Notes under the pieces: model-generated
What the model was told of the DNA's origin: nothing
What the model saw: the letters and a program-made list of their open reading frames with translations, nothing else
Databases searched by the model: none
Assembly (NCBI GenBank): GCA_035250975.1
Contig: DATFEP010000061.1
Coordinates: forward strand, 1 to 64,000
DNA: 64,000 nt
Direction of reading: 5' to 3'
DNA from: Nitrososphaeraceae archaeon
Lineage (GTDB): Archaea; Thermoproteota; Nitrososphaeria; Nitrososphaerales; Nitrososphaeraceae
In this document: positions 20,576 to 30,930 of the stretch, piece after piece
How positions within the stretch are numbered: position 1 is the first letter of the stretch
How the letters are laid out: each line of letters opens with the position of its first letter
Program-made: the position numbers and the translations under genes

Positions 20576-21880
20576 TCAACACTGCTCTTTCGGATCCTCC
20601 ATTATTTTATCAATAATAATTGAAGGATTTTTAGAAATAGCTTTATTAAAAGTATACTGATATGCAAAACCCCCAAATGGAGATTTTAATTTTTCTGTAT
20701 GAATGATTTTATTTTCATCAGTTATTACAAAATCAAAACTAGAATGCCTTAACAGATCTCCATTAGTAGGATCTTGCAGATTCATTACGAAGTTAATTGG
20801 AGTCAGAGGAGTGATTATTGGAGGATTCCAAGAAATTTGAAACAAATATTTTTCATTACTAGTCAAAATGTCCAAAGGAAATTTTGGCTTTTCCATAGCA
20901 AAAATTTTGAATGGCGTGAGTGTTTGATTATTATCATTATTAATAATGTCCTTTAAGTATATTTGCCTTGATAATTGATCTAATTGGTCTTTATTGAGAA
21001 CCATATGAACAATACGTGAATTTGGATCAGTGAAATCATCCACAACCATCGACCTTGTTGGAAGATTCTTATCGAAAATTAAACCGTTATAACTATTAGT
21101 TCTTGAAAGATCTAATTTTTTGGGTATTACGAATTCTAGATGTAAGAAAGGGATTTGTTGAATGTATATTGGGTCCCAATTAAACGGCATAAAAAATGAT
21201 AATGTTTTATTTTCTACATGATAATCAATATTTTTTATAGAATCATAATAACTCTTTATTATTAATTTTTCCTTTTCTCTATCGTAGTTTATTACATCGA
21301 AAAAATAATTCTTTCCAATGCTTATGAATAAGTCCATTTTTATGTCGTTATCGAGTTGTAATCCTTTACTAGTTTTTTTCAAAGTAACACTAATGTGAAA
21401 TAAACCGCCGTCTGAAAGAACTTTACTTCTTATTTTAAAAATATCACCTGGTTTTATATCTAGGAGACAACTTCCAGGATTTAATATGTCCCCAGTTGGT
21501 GTATTTATAATAGGTTGTAGAAGTTCTTTTTCTGGTACGAGGTCAGAGACAAATAACCCATTACTTGAATTAATACACAAGTTCAAAAGAGATTCTGGGC
21601 CAGAATAAATCTTGATATCGTAATCAATATTGGAGATAGTTTGATTAATTAGTTTATCGAAAATTCTAAGTAAAAACTTAGTATTTGAAAAATCCACAGG
21701 ATCTTCAATAAATGCCGGAGTTAATGTTGTCTCAACAACTATACTTTTACCAGAAATGTCAACAGGAACAGAGCTGTCAGTACTTAGGCCATGTCCATAA
21801 ATAGATATCAAAGAGTTTTGTAAAAGTAAAACCGTAAAAGTGGAGATACAGAAAATTATAAAAAAATTTTTATTTTTCAC
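20576..21880 (-). CDS. Secreted beta-rich protein, mature N-terminus probably His; C-terminus possibly frameshifted
   Basis: Signal peptide ending IYG-HG; SYYD...FFMPFNW segment typical of thaumarchaeal exported proteins. Confidence 0.7.
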   Translation of the reverse strand: MKNKNFFIIFCISTFTVLLLQNSLISIYGHGLSTDSSVPVDISGKSIVVETTLTPAFIEDPVDFSNTKFLLRIFDKLINQTISNIDYDIKIYSGPESLLNLCINSSNGLFVSDLVPEKELLQPIINTPTGDILNPGSCLLDIKPGDIFKIRSKVLSDGGLFHISVTLKKTSKGLQLDNDIKMDLFISIGKNYFFDVINYDREKEKLIIKSYYDSIKNIDYHVENKTLSFFMPFNWDPIYIQQIPFLHLEFVIPKKLDLSRTNSYNGLIFDKNLPTRSMVVDDFTDPNSRIVHMVLNKDQLDQLSRQIYLKDIINNDNNQTLTPFKIFAMEKPKFPLDILTSNEKYLFQISWNPPIITPLTPINFVMNLQDPTNGDLLRHSSFDFVITDENKIIHTEKLKSPFGGFAYQYTFNKAISKNPSIIIDKIMEDPKEQC

Positions 21881-21946
21881 CTGATATTTTTAGGTTAATA
21901 AAAGATATTAATAACTTTCTAAAATTTTATTTCTTTCTACAATTTA

Positions 21947-22860
21947 GAGTCTATCCCAAAAATATCTTCCTCTAAACAATATGGTATTAGTTAGTTACAC
22001 AATACCAACATAGTTCTCTTTTTTCTTTTCATACTTTAAATAATTTCCTTAATCTATTATGTCATGAATTTTTTTTTTCTGAAACCCATCCTGTTGCTGG
22101 ATTTTGCTTACCAATTATCTTTTCCTCTCTTCTATGTCTTATGTGTAGTATGTATCCTTACTTAATGATTTCTTGTTCTGCTTCTTAGGAATGATATGCT
22201 TTATCAGCACATAAATTCTGCTTTTTCTTTTGTGTATTCTTGTCTTTAGATTTTATCTTTGGTGGTGGTTGTCTTTAATAACCACACTATCAACTTTATC
22301 TATTACAACAGTAAAATCATGAGTACTGGCAGATGCTATAACAGCTGACAGCTGAATTCCTTTTTTATCCGTTAAAATATGTTTTTGTTCCTAATTGGTG
22401 TCTATCACTACTATTTTGACATGTCTTCGTCTTCCCAAAGAATATTTTATAGATATACTGGCAAGTGACTGCCATTTCCATTTAACTCCTCTCTAGTCAT
22501 CGTATATTTTTAGTAATCTTGTCCATAATTTGACAAATATACCTAATTGTAGATACTCTTGAAATCTTCTATCCCATGTAGAACCTGAACCATGTTTTCT
22601 TGGTAACATTTTCCACTGACATCAAGTTCTCAAGACAAACATTATTCAATATAGTACCTTTCTATAGGGAACAATGTAACGACTGATTTTGTTCTCTGGC
22701 TTTTCATCTGGTATAATATTTTTAATTCCATTCCACAGATATTCTAGATTACGTACAATTGTTCTAACCTAGCATTTTGTCTTATTGTTGTTATTCAATT
22801 ATTGCTATTATGATAATGAAACCAAAGTATCTATATTGCGATCTATTTTTGGGATAACTC
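21947..22860 (-). mobile_element. Decayed IS5-family element (~914 bp) with terminal inverted repeats
   Basis: TIRs GAGTCTATCCCAAAAATA (21947-21964) and TATTTTTGGGATAACTC (22844-22860); frameshifted WNGIKNIIPDEKPE, CQWKMLPRKHGSGSTW, LWTRLLKIYDD, KWKWQSL. Confidence 0.85.
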
Positions 22861-22905
22861 GAGTTTAAAACTTTAAGAATATAACGGGGAGAATAGAGAG
22901 GAATA

Positions 22906-23571
22906 GTGATAATGAAAAGCTTGTTTATTATTTTAGTAATTCTATGTTTTTGTTATTTTAATTTGCAATCTATTTTTGCTCATGAAGAAATTAAATTGGG
23001 AAATATTACTGTGGGAGCAGGATGGACGAAGGAACCTCCGCTATTAAACACGTTGAATCAAATTGTAATATCAATTTCTGAGAACGATAATCCGGTGAGA
23101 AATGCTTTGAAGGACATGACGGTATCTATTCAATATGGAGGAATTTCAAAGCAAGTGAGTTTCGTTCCTTCTGAAGAATCCCCAGGAATTTACACGGCAG
23201 AAATAATCCCTTCAAAAACCGGTACCTATTATATCCATATGGACGGTCAATTAAAAGATCAAAAAATTAAAACAGAATTACAAATTGAGGATGTGGAGGA
23301 TACAAAACAAATTTCTTTTCCTCCAGCTATCCAAGATACTTCTGAATCTACAGAAATCATTGGCAAGCAAATCAAACCAATAATAAGTGATGTGATTAAT
23401 CAAATAGATAATTCAAAGAAGGAATTAAATTTTACAAATTCATTGTTGCAGGAAGCTTTGAATAAATACGAATCAATTCAGCAAAACATGGATAAAATTA
23501 ATTTCATTAGCTATATAGCAGTTGGTTTAGGAACAGTTGGAATTTTGCTGTTTATTTTAAGGAAGAAATAA
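22906..23571 (+). CDS. Exported Ig-like protein with coiled-coil stalk and C-terminal membrane anchor
   Basis: Signal peptide ending IFA-HE; GWTKEPP, PGIYTAEIIPSKTGTY; C-terminal TM plus RKK. Confidence 0.8.
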   Translation: MIMKSLFIILVILCFCYFNLQSIFAHEEIKLGNITVGAGWTKEPPLLNTLNQIVISISENDNPVRNALKDMTVSIQYGGISKQVSFVPSEESPGIYTAEIIPSKTGTYYIHMDGQLKDQKIKTELQIEDVEDTKQISFPPAIQDTSESTEIIGKQIKPIISDVINQIDNSKKELNFTNSLLQEALNKYESIQQNMDKINFISYIAVGLGTVGILLFILRKK

Positions 23572-23591
23572 TTTATACCGTATAGTTAATA

Positions 23592-24467
23592 TCATTTTTC
23601 TTTGTTGTTTAATATATTCATAAATTCATACATTTTCTCATATGAATCTTTGATATCATGATATTTTCGGAGAGAAGATTTAATATTTATTAGATTTTCT
23701 AATAATTTCAATTCATTTTTGTCATTGATTAATTCGTTATATTTTTGGTTCATTTTGAAATAATTCAATAATTCTTTTTTAAAGAAATGGTTATCAAAAA
23801 AAAGTGAATTAATTAAGTCAGGTTCATCATTCAAAATACTCTCAGAAAGAATACACTGAATTTTAAAGGTAGTTCCTCCAAAAGTCAATAAATCATAATA
23901 ATTCTTCTCGTGTAAAATATCAGCAAATAAAATATTTACATAATGAGTAAGCCCCAATACAACTGCCATCATCTGATCATGCAGATTTACATTTTTAACC
24001 TCCAAAATATTTGATTTAGGAAACATAGTCTTAACTACTTTAATTTCATTTTCCCGATTTCTTATCGGAATAAATAAAACCTTTAAATCCTTTTCTCTAG
24101 ATGCTCCGGGACCAAACATTGGATGTATACAAATGGGAACAATAAAATCTGAAATACTTCTTAACTCTATAAAGGATTTATTTTTTATAGATGAAATCTC
24201 GACAAGTTTAGACGAAGGTTTCATTAATTTAGAACATGTTTTTATCATTTTGGGGATGACTCTCAAAGGAACGCAAAGAATCACAACATCAGAAGTTTCA
24301 ACACATTGTTGAAGATTATTTTCAATTATAATGTTTGGAAAACATCGTAACGAATTAGTTCTTATATCATATGCTTTTAGTATTACATCTTTTCTATGAA
24401 GAAAATATTTTATGAACCAAGATCCCATCTTTCCACTAGCGCCAATTATTGATATCTCTGTGTTCAT
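23592..24467 (-). CDS. tyrA: Prephenate dehydrogenase
   Basis: GASGKMG, EISSIK, HPMFGP, HDQMMAVVLGLTH. Confidence 0.93.
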   Translation of the reverse strand: MNTEISIIGASGKMGSWFIKYFLHRKDVILKAYDIRTNSLRCFPNIIIENNLQQCVETSDVVILCVPLRVIPKMIKTCSKLMKPSSKLVEISSIKNKSFIELRSISDFIVPICIHPMFGPGASREKDLKVLFIPIRNRENEIKVVKTMFPKSNILEVKNVNLHDQMMAVVLGLTHYVNILFADILHEKNYYDLLTFGGTTFKIQCILSESILNDEPDLINSLFFDNHFFKKELLNYFKMNQKYNELINDKNELKLLENLINIKSSLRKYHDIKDSYEKMYEFMNILNNKEK

Positions 24468-24473
24468 TAAATG

Positions 24474-25856
24474 TTAACCCTGAGTAAGAATTCTTTCCAT
24501 TATATCTAATCCCTGATTTAATACAGTTTCTGGTTGACATGCGGATATTCGTATAAAGTGCTTATAAAAGCTACCAAATCCACTTCCGGGAGCAATAGCA
24601 ACTCCGTTTTCTAATAATTTTTCTACCAAAGCCATATCTGATTTATAGACATCTGAGAGAATTTTGGGATATACGTACATTGCACCATCAGGATAAACAA
24701 ATTCTGTTCTCATTTTTCTTATTCGTTTGGTGATCAAATCTATACGGGATTTAACTAAATCCACATTATCATGGATACTACTTTCTAAAGCCATCAATGC
24801 GCAATATTGCATTGGTTCTGCCACCGAAGTAATGGAAGTTGCCTGTACTGAACTCATCTTTCTAATTATTTCTTTATCAGATATCGCATATCCCACCCTG
24901 AATCCAGTCATACCAAAAGTTTTGGAAAAAGATGAGATCGTTATTTTTTTGCTACATTCATACTCTAACAGACTAGTAAAATCTACGAATGAATAAGCCG
25001 AATATACTTCATCACTAAGTAAAAATAAGTTATAATCTTTTGAAATAGATACAATCTTGTCAAGAATGTTTTTGGGAAGTATTTTTCCTGTGGGATTGTT
25101 CGGATAATTTAATATTATCATTTTTGTGTTAGCATTGACTAGATTTTCAAGTTTTGAAACATTTGGAATCCATTTATCTTCTAATGATGTTTTTAATGAT
25201 CTAATTTTTACCCCAATAAAGTCTGCACATTCTTTATACGCAGGCCAAGATGGTTCAATATTTATCAATTCGTCGCCTGGTTTTAAAAGAGAAGTAATAG
25301 CGCAAAATACTGCAAATCTACCCCCAGGAGTAACCAATACTTGTTCAGAATTGGTACCATATCCTGTTCTTTCTGCTATTGCATTTCGAAGTCTTGGTAT
25401 TCCAGAAATTTCTGTATAATGATATTTTTTATCATCATATATTTTTAATAGTTCGTTTCTCACAGATAATGGAGGAGCATAATCAGGTTCGCCTACTTCC
25501 AAATGAAAAATATTCTGACCAAGTTTTTCCATTTCCTTAGCTTTCATGAAAACGGCCATATGTGGAGATATTTTGTGACTATCAGATTTTAGATTTTGAA
25601 CTTTCACTGACTCTAATAATAGAATATTTAATAATTTACCCGAAAATTCTAAATCCATCCCAAGTTCTTTAGCAAGTTTAATTATTGATTCCTTTATATC
25701 ATTCTCTACTTGTTCATCTTCCACATCAATAGAGAGCTCTTGTTTTATATTGCCAATTCTTTTGGCAATCTCCATTCTATTATGAACTGATCTAATTATT
25801 TCGATAGTAACTTCCTTAATTTGATTGCGCAAACCAATTAGTTCTGAATTACCCAT
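24474..25856 (-). CDS. Chorismate mutase (AroQ-like) fused to class I/II aminotransferase
   Basis: N-terminal LRNQI...RMEIAKRIGNIK; then GEPD, NYPNNPTG, SDEVY, SFSKTFGMTGFRVG. Confidence 0.9.
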   Translation of the reverse strand: MGNSELIGLRNQIKEVTIEIIRSVHNRMEIAKRIGNIKQELSIDVEDEQVENDIKESIIKLAKELGMDLEFSGKLLNILLLESVKVQNLKSDSHKISPHMAVFMKAKEMEKLGQNIFHLEVGEPDYAPPLSVRNELLKIYDDKKYHYTEISGIPRLRNAIAERTGYGTNSEQVLVTPGGRFAVFCAITSLLKPGDELINIEPSWPAYKECADFIGVKIRSLKTSLEDKWIPNVSKLENLVNANTKMIILNYPNNPTGKILPKNILDKIVSISKDYNLFLLSDEVYSAYSFVDFTSLLEYECSKKITISSFSKTFGMTGFRVGYAISDKEIIRKMSSVQATSITSVAEPMQYCALMALESSIHDNVDLVKSRIDLITKRIRKMRTEFVYPDGAMYVYPKILSDVYKSDMALVEKLLENGVAIAPGSGFGSFYKHFIRISACQPETVLNQGLDIMERILTQG

Positions 25857-26960
25857 TTAAACACCTCGTAATACGTTTGGAATAAATCCACATTTAATAG
25901 CATGATCTCCCAATGTAAGTGATACTATACCCTCAACAACAGGAGGAGCTCTCGGAACAACACAAGGATCGTGTCTTCCCGGTACCTGCAAATCCACAAG
26001 AGTTTTTGTAGCAAAATCAAATGTTTTCTGTGTCTTTGCTATAGAAGCTGCAGGCTTAAATCCTATCCTCATAATTAATGGCATTCCAGTAGATAAACCT
26101 CCCAAAATACCTCCCGAATTGTTAGTTAGGGTGATTATTTTACCTTTCTCGCTAACGAATAAATCATTATTTTCTGACCCTAATTTTCTAGTTGCTCCGA
26201 AACCTGAGCCAAATTCGACTGCCTTAACAGCAGGTATACTAAATAACGCTTTACTTAAATCAGATTCTAACGAAGAAAAGACCGGTTCTCCCAGACCTAC
26301 AGGGATGCCCGTGCTAACGCATTCTATAATACCGCCAATTGAATTTCCTGATTGTCTTGAAGTAAGAATAGCTTGTCTCATGTTTTCGGCTGTTTTCAGA
26401 TCTGGGCAACGAACTTCATTTGTGTATCTATTTTTTTTAGCTAATTCAAAGGAAATGTCAGGGGATCTTATACCACCTATTTCAATGGTATAAGCTATGG
26501 TTTCTATTCCTAAAGTTTCTTTTAACAATTTTTTAGCTATCGCCCCCGCCATAACATAACTAGCGGTAAGTCTTCCAGAAAATCTTCCACTCCCCCTATA
26601 GTCACCATACCCACCGTATTTTACCATAGCAGGAAAATCCGAATGACCTGGTCTTGGTGTATTTTTTATTATATCATAAGGACGAGAATCTGAATCCTTA
26701 TTCCAAATAATCATACAGACAGGAGCACCGGTAGTATATCCATTAAAAGTTCCTGAAAGAATCTCGACTTTGTCATCTTCTTTTCTCTGAGTTGTGATTG
26801 CTGATTGTCCAGGTTTTCTCAGTTCAAGATCCGGCTGGATATCAGATTCAGATAATATTAGTCCTGCAGGACATCCATCAAGTATCGCTCCCACACATTT
26901 TCCATGACTCTCACCAAAACTAGTAACAACAAGTCTTTCTCCTAGACTATTTCCCACCAT
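25857..26960 (-). CDS. aroC: Chorismate synthase
   Basis: FGESHG, RPGHSD, RFSGR, GRHDPCVVPRA. Confidence 0.97.
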   Translation of the reverse strand: MVGNSLGERLVVTSFGESHGKCVGAILDGCPAGLILSESDIQPDLELRKPGQSAITTQRKEDDKVEILSGTFNGYTTGAPVCMIIWNKDSDSRPYDIIKNTPRPGHSDFPAMVKYGGYGDYRGSGRFSGRLTASYVMAGAIAKKLLKETLGIETIAYTIEIGGIRSPDISFELAKKNRYTNEVRCPDLKTAENMRQAILTSRQSGNSIGGIIECVSTGIPVGLGEPVFSSLESDLSKALFSIPAVKAVEFGSGFGATRKLGSENNDLFVSEKGKIITLTNNSGGILGGLSTGMPLIMRIGFKPAASIAKTQKTFDFATKTLVDLQVPGRHDPCVVPRAPPVVEGIVSLTLGDHAIKCGFIPNVLRGV

Positions 26961-26980
26961 GATATCAAATCATAAATTAT

Positions 26981-27016
26981 TAAACACCTTATATATTACT
27001 AAACACCTTATATATT
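26981..27016 (-). promoter_or_regulatory. Tandem 17-bp repeat containing a TATA-like box upstream of aroC
   Basis: TAAACACCTTATATATT at 26981-26997 and 27000-27016; minus strand reads AATATATAAG about 30 bp before the ATG. Confidence 0.6.
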
Positions 27017-27070
27017 GACTTTTAATAGATTGAAATCCAGATTTGATCGTGACTGGATAATTATGAATAA

Positions 27071-28369
27071 TCAATCAATGATATTCACATTGGCTCCTAG
27101 CTTTTTTAACTCGCTAATAAAATCAGGATATGACACATCAACAGATTCAGCGTCCGTTACGATAGATTTTTCGGTAAGAAAGGAGGCGATGGTAAACGCC
27201 ATGAATAACCTATGATCATTATGAGAATCGAGTTTTGCATTTTTTATTTTTTTTGTGGGTTGAATTGTTATTTCAGTCTGTTTTTCAGAAACATTTACTC
27301 CCAACTTTCTTAATTCAGAAACAATGTTAGATACTCTATCTGTCTCTTTTAATCTAGCGTGAGATATACCATATATCCTCATACGTGATTTTGCTTTTAG
27401 AGAAAGGATAGAAACAACCGGCAAGAGATCTGGTGTGTTTGTTAAGTCACATTCGATTCCATCCAATTCATTTGAACCACATACCACTAAGTTTCCCTTT
27501 TCTTTATCTACTATTATATTTCCACCCATTTTATAAACTACATCAATAATTTTTTCATCACCCTGAGTCATTCCAAAATTTAAACCCTGAATGATAATTT
27601 TTTTTCCACACAATATACCTGCCGCGATTAGAAGAGATGCTGAAGAAAAATCTCCAGGTACTGTAAAATTAGTACTTTTGTAATTAGTTTTGGGTATTAT
27701 ATATTTTGAATAGCTAGAATCATATTCTATTTTAACTCCAAAATTTCTCATTGTTTCTATAGTTGAGTCAATATAAGGGGCAGAGACTTGCTTGCCGTCA
27801 ATTTTTAACGTTACTTCGGATTGAGCATAAATACATGAAATTAATAATGAGGAGATAAATTGACTAGAAATTTTACCATTGACAATGACAGTCCCACCCT
27901 TTATACCTCCACCTTTGATGACTAGAGGAGGAGTCCCGAGATTATTAGTTGCAAAACATTCAACTCCAAGTTGATTCAAGGCAGAAATTAATGGACTCAT
28001 AGGTCTTTTTCTTAGGCTCTCATCTCCCGTTAATACTGTATAGCCATTTTTTACTAGCGCACACATAGAAGATAATATTCTAATAGTTGTTCCTGAATTT
28101 TCTGTATTGATTACATCCTCTGGTACTTCAAATTCATGTCGTCCACGAATAGATATTGAATTAATTTTGTCGGACTGTTCAATTTCCACTCCAAGCATTT
28201 TGCAACCACGAATAGTTGCTAATGTATCTCTACTCACTAAAGGATTTTTTATAATAGATTTGTTATCTGCTAATGAAGCTATTGCAATGGCTCTATGAGT
28301 ATAACTTTTACTAGATGGGCATTTTATTTTACCATCAAGAATTGATCTTTCTATTTTAATATTAACCAA
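27071..28369 (-). CDS. aroA: EPSP synthase
   Basis: PSSKSYTHR, ENSGTT, SSQFISS, KETDR, DHR. Confidence 0.97.
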   Translation of the reverse strand: MVNIKIERSILDGKIKCPSSKSYTHRAIAIASLADNKSIIKNPLVSRDTLATIRGCKMLGVEIEQSDKINSISIRGRHEFEVPEDVINTENSGTTIRILSSMCALVKNGYTVLTGDESLRKRPMSPLISALNQLGVECFATNNLGTPPLVIKGGGIKGGTVIVNGKISSQFISSLLISCIYAQSEVTLKIDGKQVSAPYIDSTIETMRNFGVKIEYDSSYSKYIIPKTNYKSTNFTVPGDFSSASLLIAAGILCGKKIIIQGLNFGMTQGDEKIIDVVYKMGGNIIVDKEKGNLVVCGSNELDGIECDLTNTPDLLPVVSILSLKAKSRMRIYGISHARLKETDRVSNIVSELRKLGVNVSEKQTEITIQPTKKIKNAKLDSHNDHRLFMAFTIASFLTEKSIVTDAESVDVSYPDFISELKKLGANVNIID

Positions 28370-29216
28370 ATATTTTTTCTACCGTTGCTTTTCTATTATT
28401 AACTTTACAAATGAAGGTTCTTCCATATCTTTCTAGATTGACTTTCACATTATCAATATTTTTTTCTTTAACTATGGCTGCGACAGATGGACCATTGCCA
28501 GAAACAGAAGCAGATAAAGCCCCACTTTCAATAGATGCAATTATCGGTTCATAATCATATGACATGATTGAGGATACTAATGCTCCATTTAACTTCATTG
28601 CTGTCCAATAGTCAAGTTGCTCTGCTAACTCATATGCTTTGTTAAAAAGATCTGGAAAAGATTTTAATTTTAAAATATTTTTTCTGTGTACGTTATTTGG
28701 AATCAATATAATAACTGAAAGTTCCTCCGGACCATTTTCCCTACGTATTAAAGTATTAGAATAATTATCAGTCAAAACAAACCCTCCAAAGTAACAAGCA
28801 GTAGAATCATCGAAAGCTCCGGTCGTTGTTACCTTCGCTAAACGACATGACTCAACAGCAGTATTTAGTATTTTAAAGTCATTTAACTCATCATTTAAAA
28901 GCCCATAACAAGCTAAGGATACTGCGGAAGAAACAGCACTAGAACTTTTAAGACCGAATCCTATAGGTATTTCAGAATAAATTGACAAGTGTATATCATT
29001 GTCTTCTCTAATTTGTTTTGGTATTACTTTATCAATAATGTAAGTAAAAAGATCGTTATTTCTTCTCTGGAATATTATTTTTCCTCCTCCTTTCATTAAA
29101 CTAATTTTAGCAGTAGTTTTGAGGGAAATCCCTAAAGCAGAACCTTTTCCCGTTGCGATCGCATTTACGATGGAAATTGCGCCGTGAACTGTGGCCTGAC
29201 AAGATAATGGAATCAT
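28362..29216 (-). CDS. aroK: Archaeal (GHMP) shikimate kinase; start at ATG 29216
   Basis: GAISIVNAIATGKG, PIGFGLKSSSA, TGAFDD, SGNGPS. Confidence 0.93.
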   Translation of the reverse strand: MIPLSCQATVHGAISIVNAIATGKGSALGISLKTTAKISLMKGGGKIIFQRRNNDLFTYIIDKVIPKQIREDNDIHLSIYSEIPIGFGLKSSSAVSSAVSLACYGLLNDELNDFKILNTAVESCRLAKVTTTGAFDDSTACYFGGFVLTDNYSNTLIRRENGPEELSVIILIPNNVHRKNILKLKSFPDLFNKAYELAEQLDYWTAMKLNGALVSSIMSYDYEPIIASIESGALSASVSGNGPSVAAIVKEKNIDNVKVNLERYGRTFICKVNNRKATVEKIFG

Positions 29217-30088
29217 AGCGGTTCTCCAAAAATTCCTAGTAAGGATTTTTTCATGACATCCAGGGGAGCATCTAAACCAGTCCATATCTTAAATGCTTGG
29301 GCACCTTGTTCTAACAGCATTTCATAGCCATATATCACAGTTGCACCGACTTTTCTTGCATTTTTTATTAAATTAGTGTAAATAGGGCTGTAAACGATGT
29401 CATAAACAATGGTATTTTTATCAATATATTTTGAAGAGATAGGACTTTGCTCATTATTTAATCCCAAAGACGTAGCATTAATTATGAGATTGGAACGAAA
29501 TGCTACATTTTGTAAGCTATCAAGTTCTTGAAAATCACAATTCAACCCTAATTGAGAAGCATGTTTTAATAGTTTTAAGGCATTTATTTTTGAACGGTTG
29601 AAAACAGTTACCCTCGATATCCCGCTTTCTCGCGATAATGCTGTAACGATGGCATAGGCTGCCCCACCTGCTCCCAAAATTAACACTTTCATACCATTAA
29701 ATTTGATATTACGGTTATGAAGAGGTGTTACAAAACCGTATACATCTGTGTTATATCCTATGAATTTTCCATGTGAATTTTTAACTGTGTTTACAGCGCT
29801 AGAGTGAGAGGAGGATTCATCCAATTCATCTAAGTATTTTACTATATCAATTTTATGTGGAATTGTGACATTAAATCCAGAGATATCGATAGATCTTAAA
29901 GATTGGACAGCGCTTTTTAATTCAGATTTGGTAACTCGACAAGAGATATAGGAACTATTGATCCCAAGCGCTTTAAAGGCTGAATTATGCATAATAGGAG
30001 ATAGAGAGTGATCAATTGGATCACCTATTACACAATACATTTTAAATTTAGATGACATCACGTGAGAAATGTCTTTCGATCCTTTCAT
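29213..30088 (-). CDS. aroE: Shikimate dehydrogenase (start may be ATG 30058)
   Basis: HSLSP, NVTIPHK, NTD, GAGGAA, MLLEQG. Confidence 0.95.
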   Translation of the reverse strand: MKGSKDISHVMSSKFKMYCVIGDPIDHSLSPIMHNSAFKALGINSSYISCRVTKSELKSAVQSLRSIDISGFNVTIPHKIDIVKYLDELDESSSHSSAVNTVKNSHGKFIGYNTDVYGFVTPLHNRNIKFNGMKVLILGAGGAAYAIVTALSRESGISRVTVFNRSKINALKLLKHASQLGLNCDFQELDSLQNVAFRSNLIINATSLGLNNEQSPISSKYIDKNTIVYDIVYSPIYTNLIKNARKVGATVIYGYEMLLEQGAQAFKIWTGLDAPLDVMKKSLLGIFGEPL

Positions 30089-30743
30089 AAATTTGTCGCA
30101 TTTCTTTTACAGATAGTTGACCAGGAGCTATGGGTTTTTGCAATGAAGCATAAGAAAAAGGAGAATTTCCTACCAATGTGCATAAAATTCGAGATATTAT
30201 TCCTAAATCACCCATTGCAAAGGAAATTAGTTTGATATCAGGATATTTATTATAAAGTTCCAATAAACGAAGTGCATCACGCGCGCTCTTGGCCATTGTG
30301 ACTATCTTTAGAATGTTACTATACGATTTCATTTTTTCCATCTTTTCTTCAAGTTCAGAGTTCGGAGGGGTGTATTCAAAATTGTGCCATGACACCAATA
30401 AACTACTTGAATTATTATGTAAATATTCATAAAGAGATGGATTACTATCCAACGTAGAAATCTCAACATCCATAAATAGGGGATGAGAATCAGAAAGAAA
30501 CTTAATTAGATCAACTCTTTGCTTTTCGTTGCCAGAAAATTTTCCTTGTTCTGCATTTGAACGAATGGTAAATACCGATTTGGATTTAAAAGGATAAACA
30601 ATTTTCATAGCATTCGCAATTTCTGATGTATCTAAAAAATCAAAACGGATTTCAACAAAATCAGCCAAGTATAATGCTTTTTCAAGAAGATGTTTTAATT
30701 GTTGAAGTGAAGTTGGTGCTAGAGAAACACATATTTTTGTCAA
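30048..30743 (-). CDS. aroD: Type I 3-dehydroquinate dehydratase
   Basis: EIRFD, SWHNF, FAMG...SR, APGQ. Confidence 0.93.
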   Translation of the reverse strand: MTKICVSLAPTSLQQLKHLLEKALYLADFVEIRFDFLDTSEIANAMKIVYPFKSKSVFTIRSNAEQGKFSGNEKQRVDLIKFLSDSHPLFMDVEISTLDSNPSLYEYLHNNSSSLLVSWHNFEYTPPNSELEEKMEKMKSYSNILKIVTMAKSARDALRLLELYNKYPDIKLISFAMGDLGIISRILCTLVGNSPFSYASLQKPIAPGQLSVKEMRQIYERIERHFSRDVI

Positions 30744-30930
30744 TGATGATTTTCAATCATATTTCTTATTTAGATATTTACAAGTTTTTGAAAATATTTC
30801 AGTTTATCTAAAAAAGACCATTGCTAGAAACACAGTAAAACCAATAATTTCGTTCAAATATATATTGGATTAATAGAATCTGAAACTAAAAAATTTGGTA
30901 TTTTGGGATTAACAAATAATATAAATAAAA

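Noticed and set aside
20540-20610. Programmed frameshift extending the 434-aa protein (alternative frame GGSERAVLNLFIQN)
   Set aside because: No slippery site or stimulatory structure; a point indel or assembly error is more likely, and the extension would overlap cgi121
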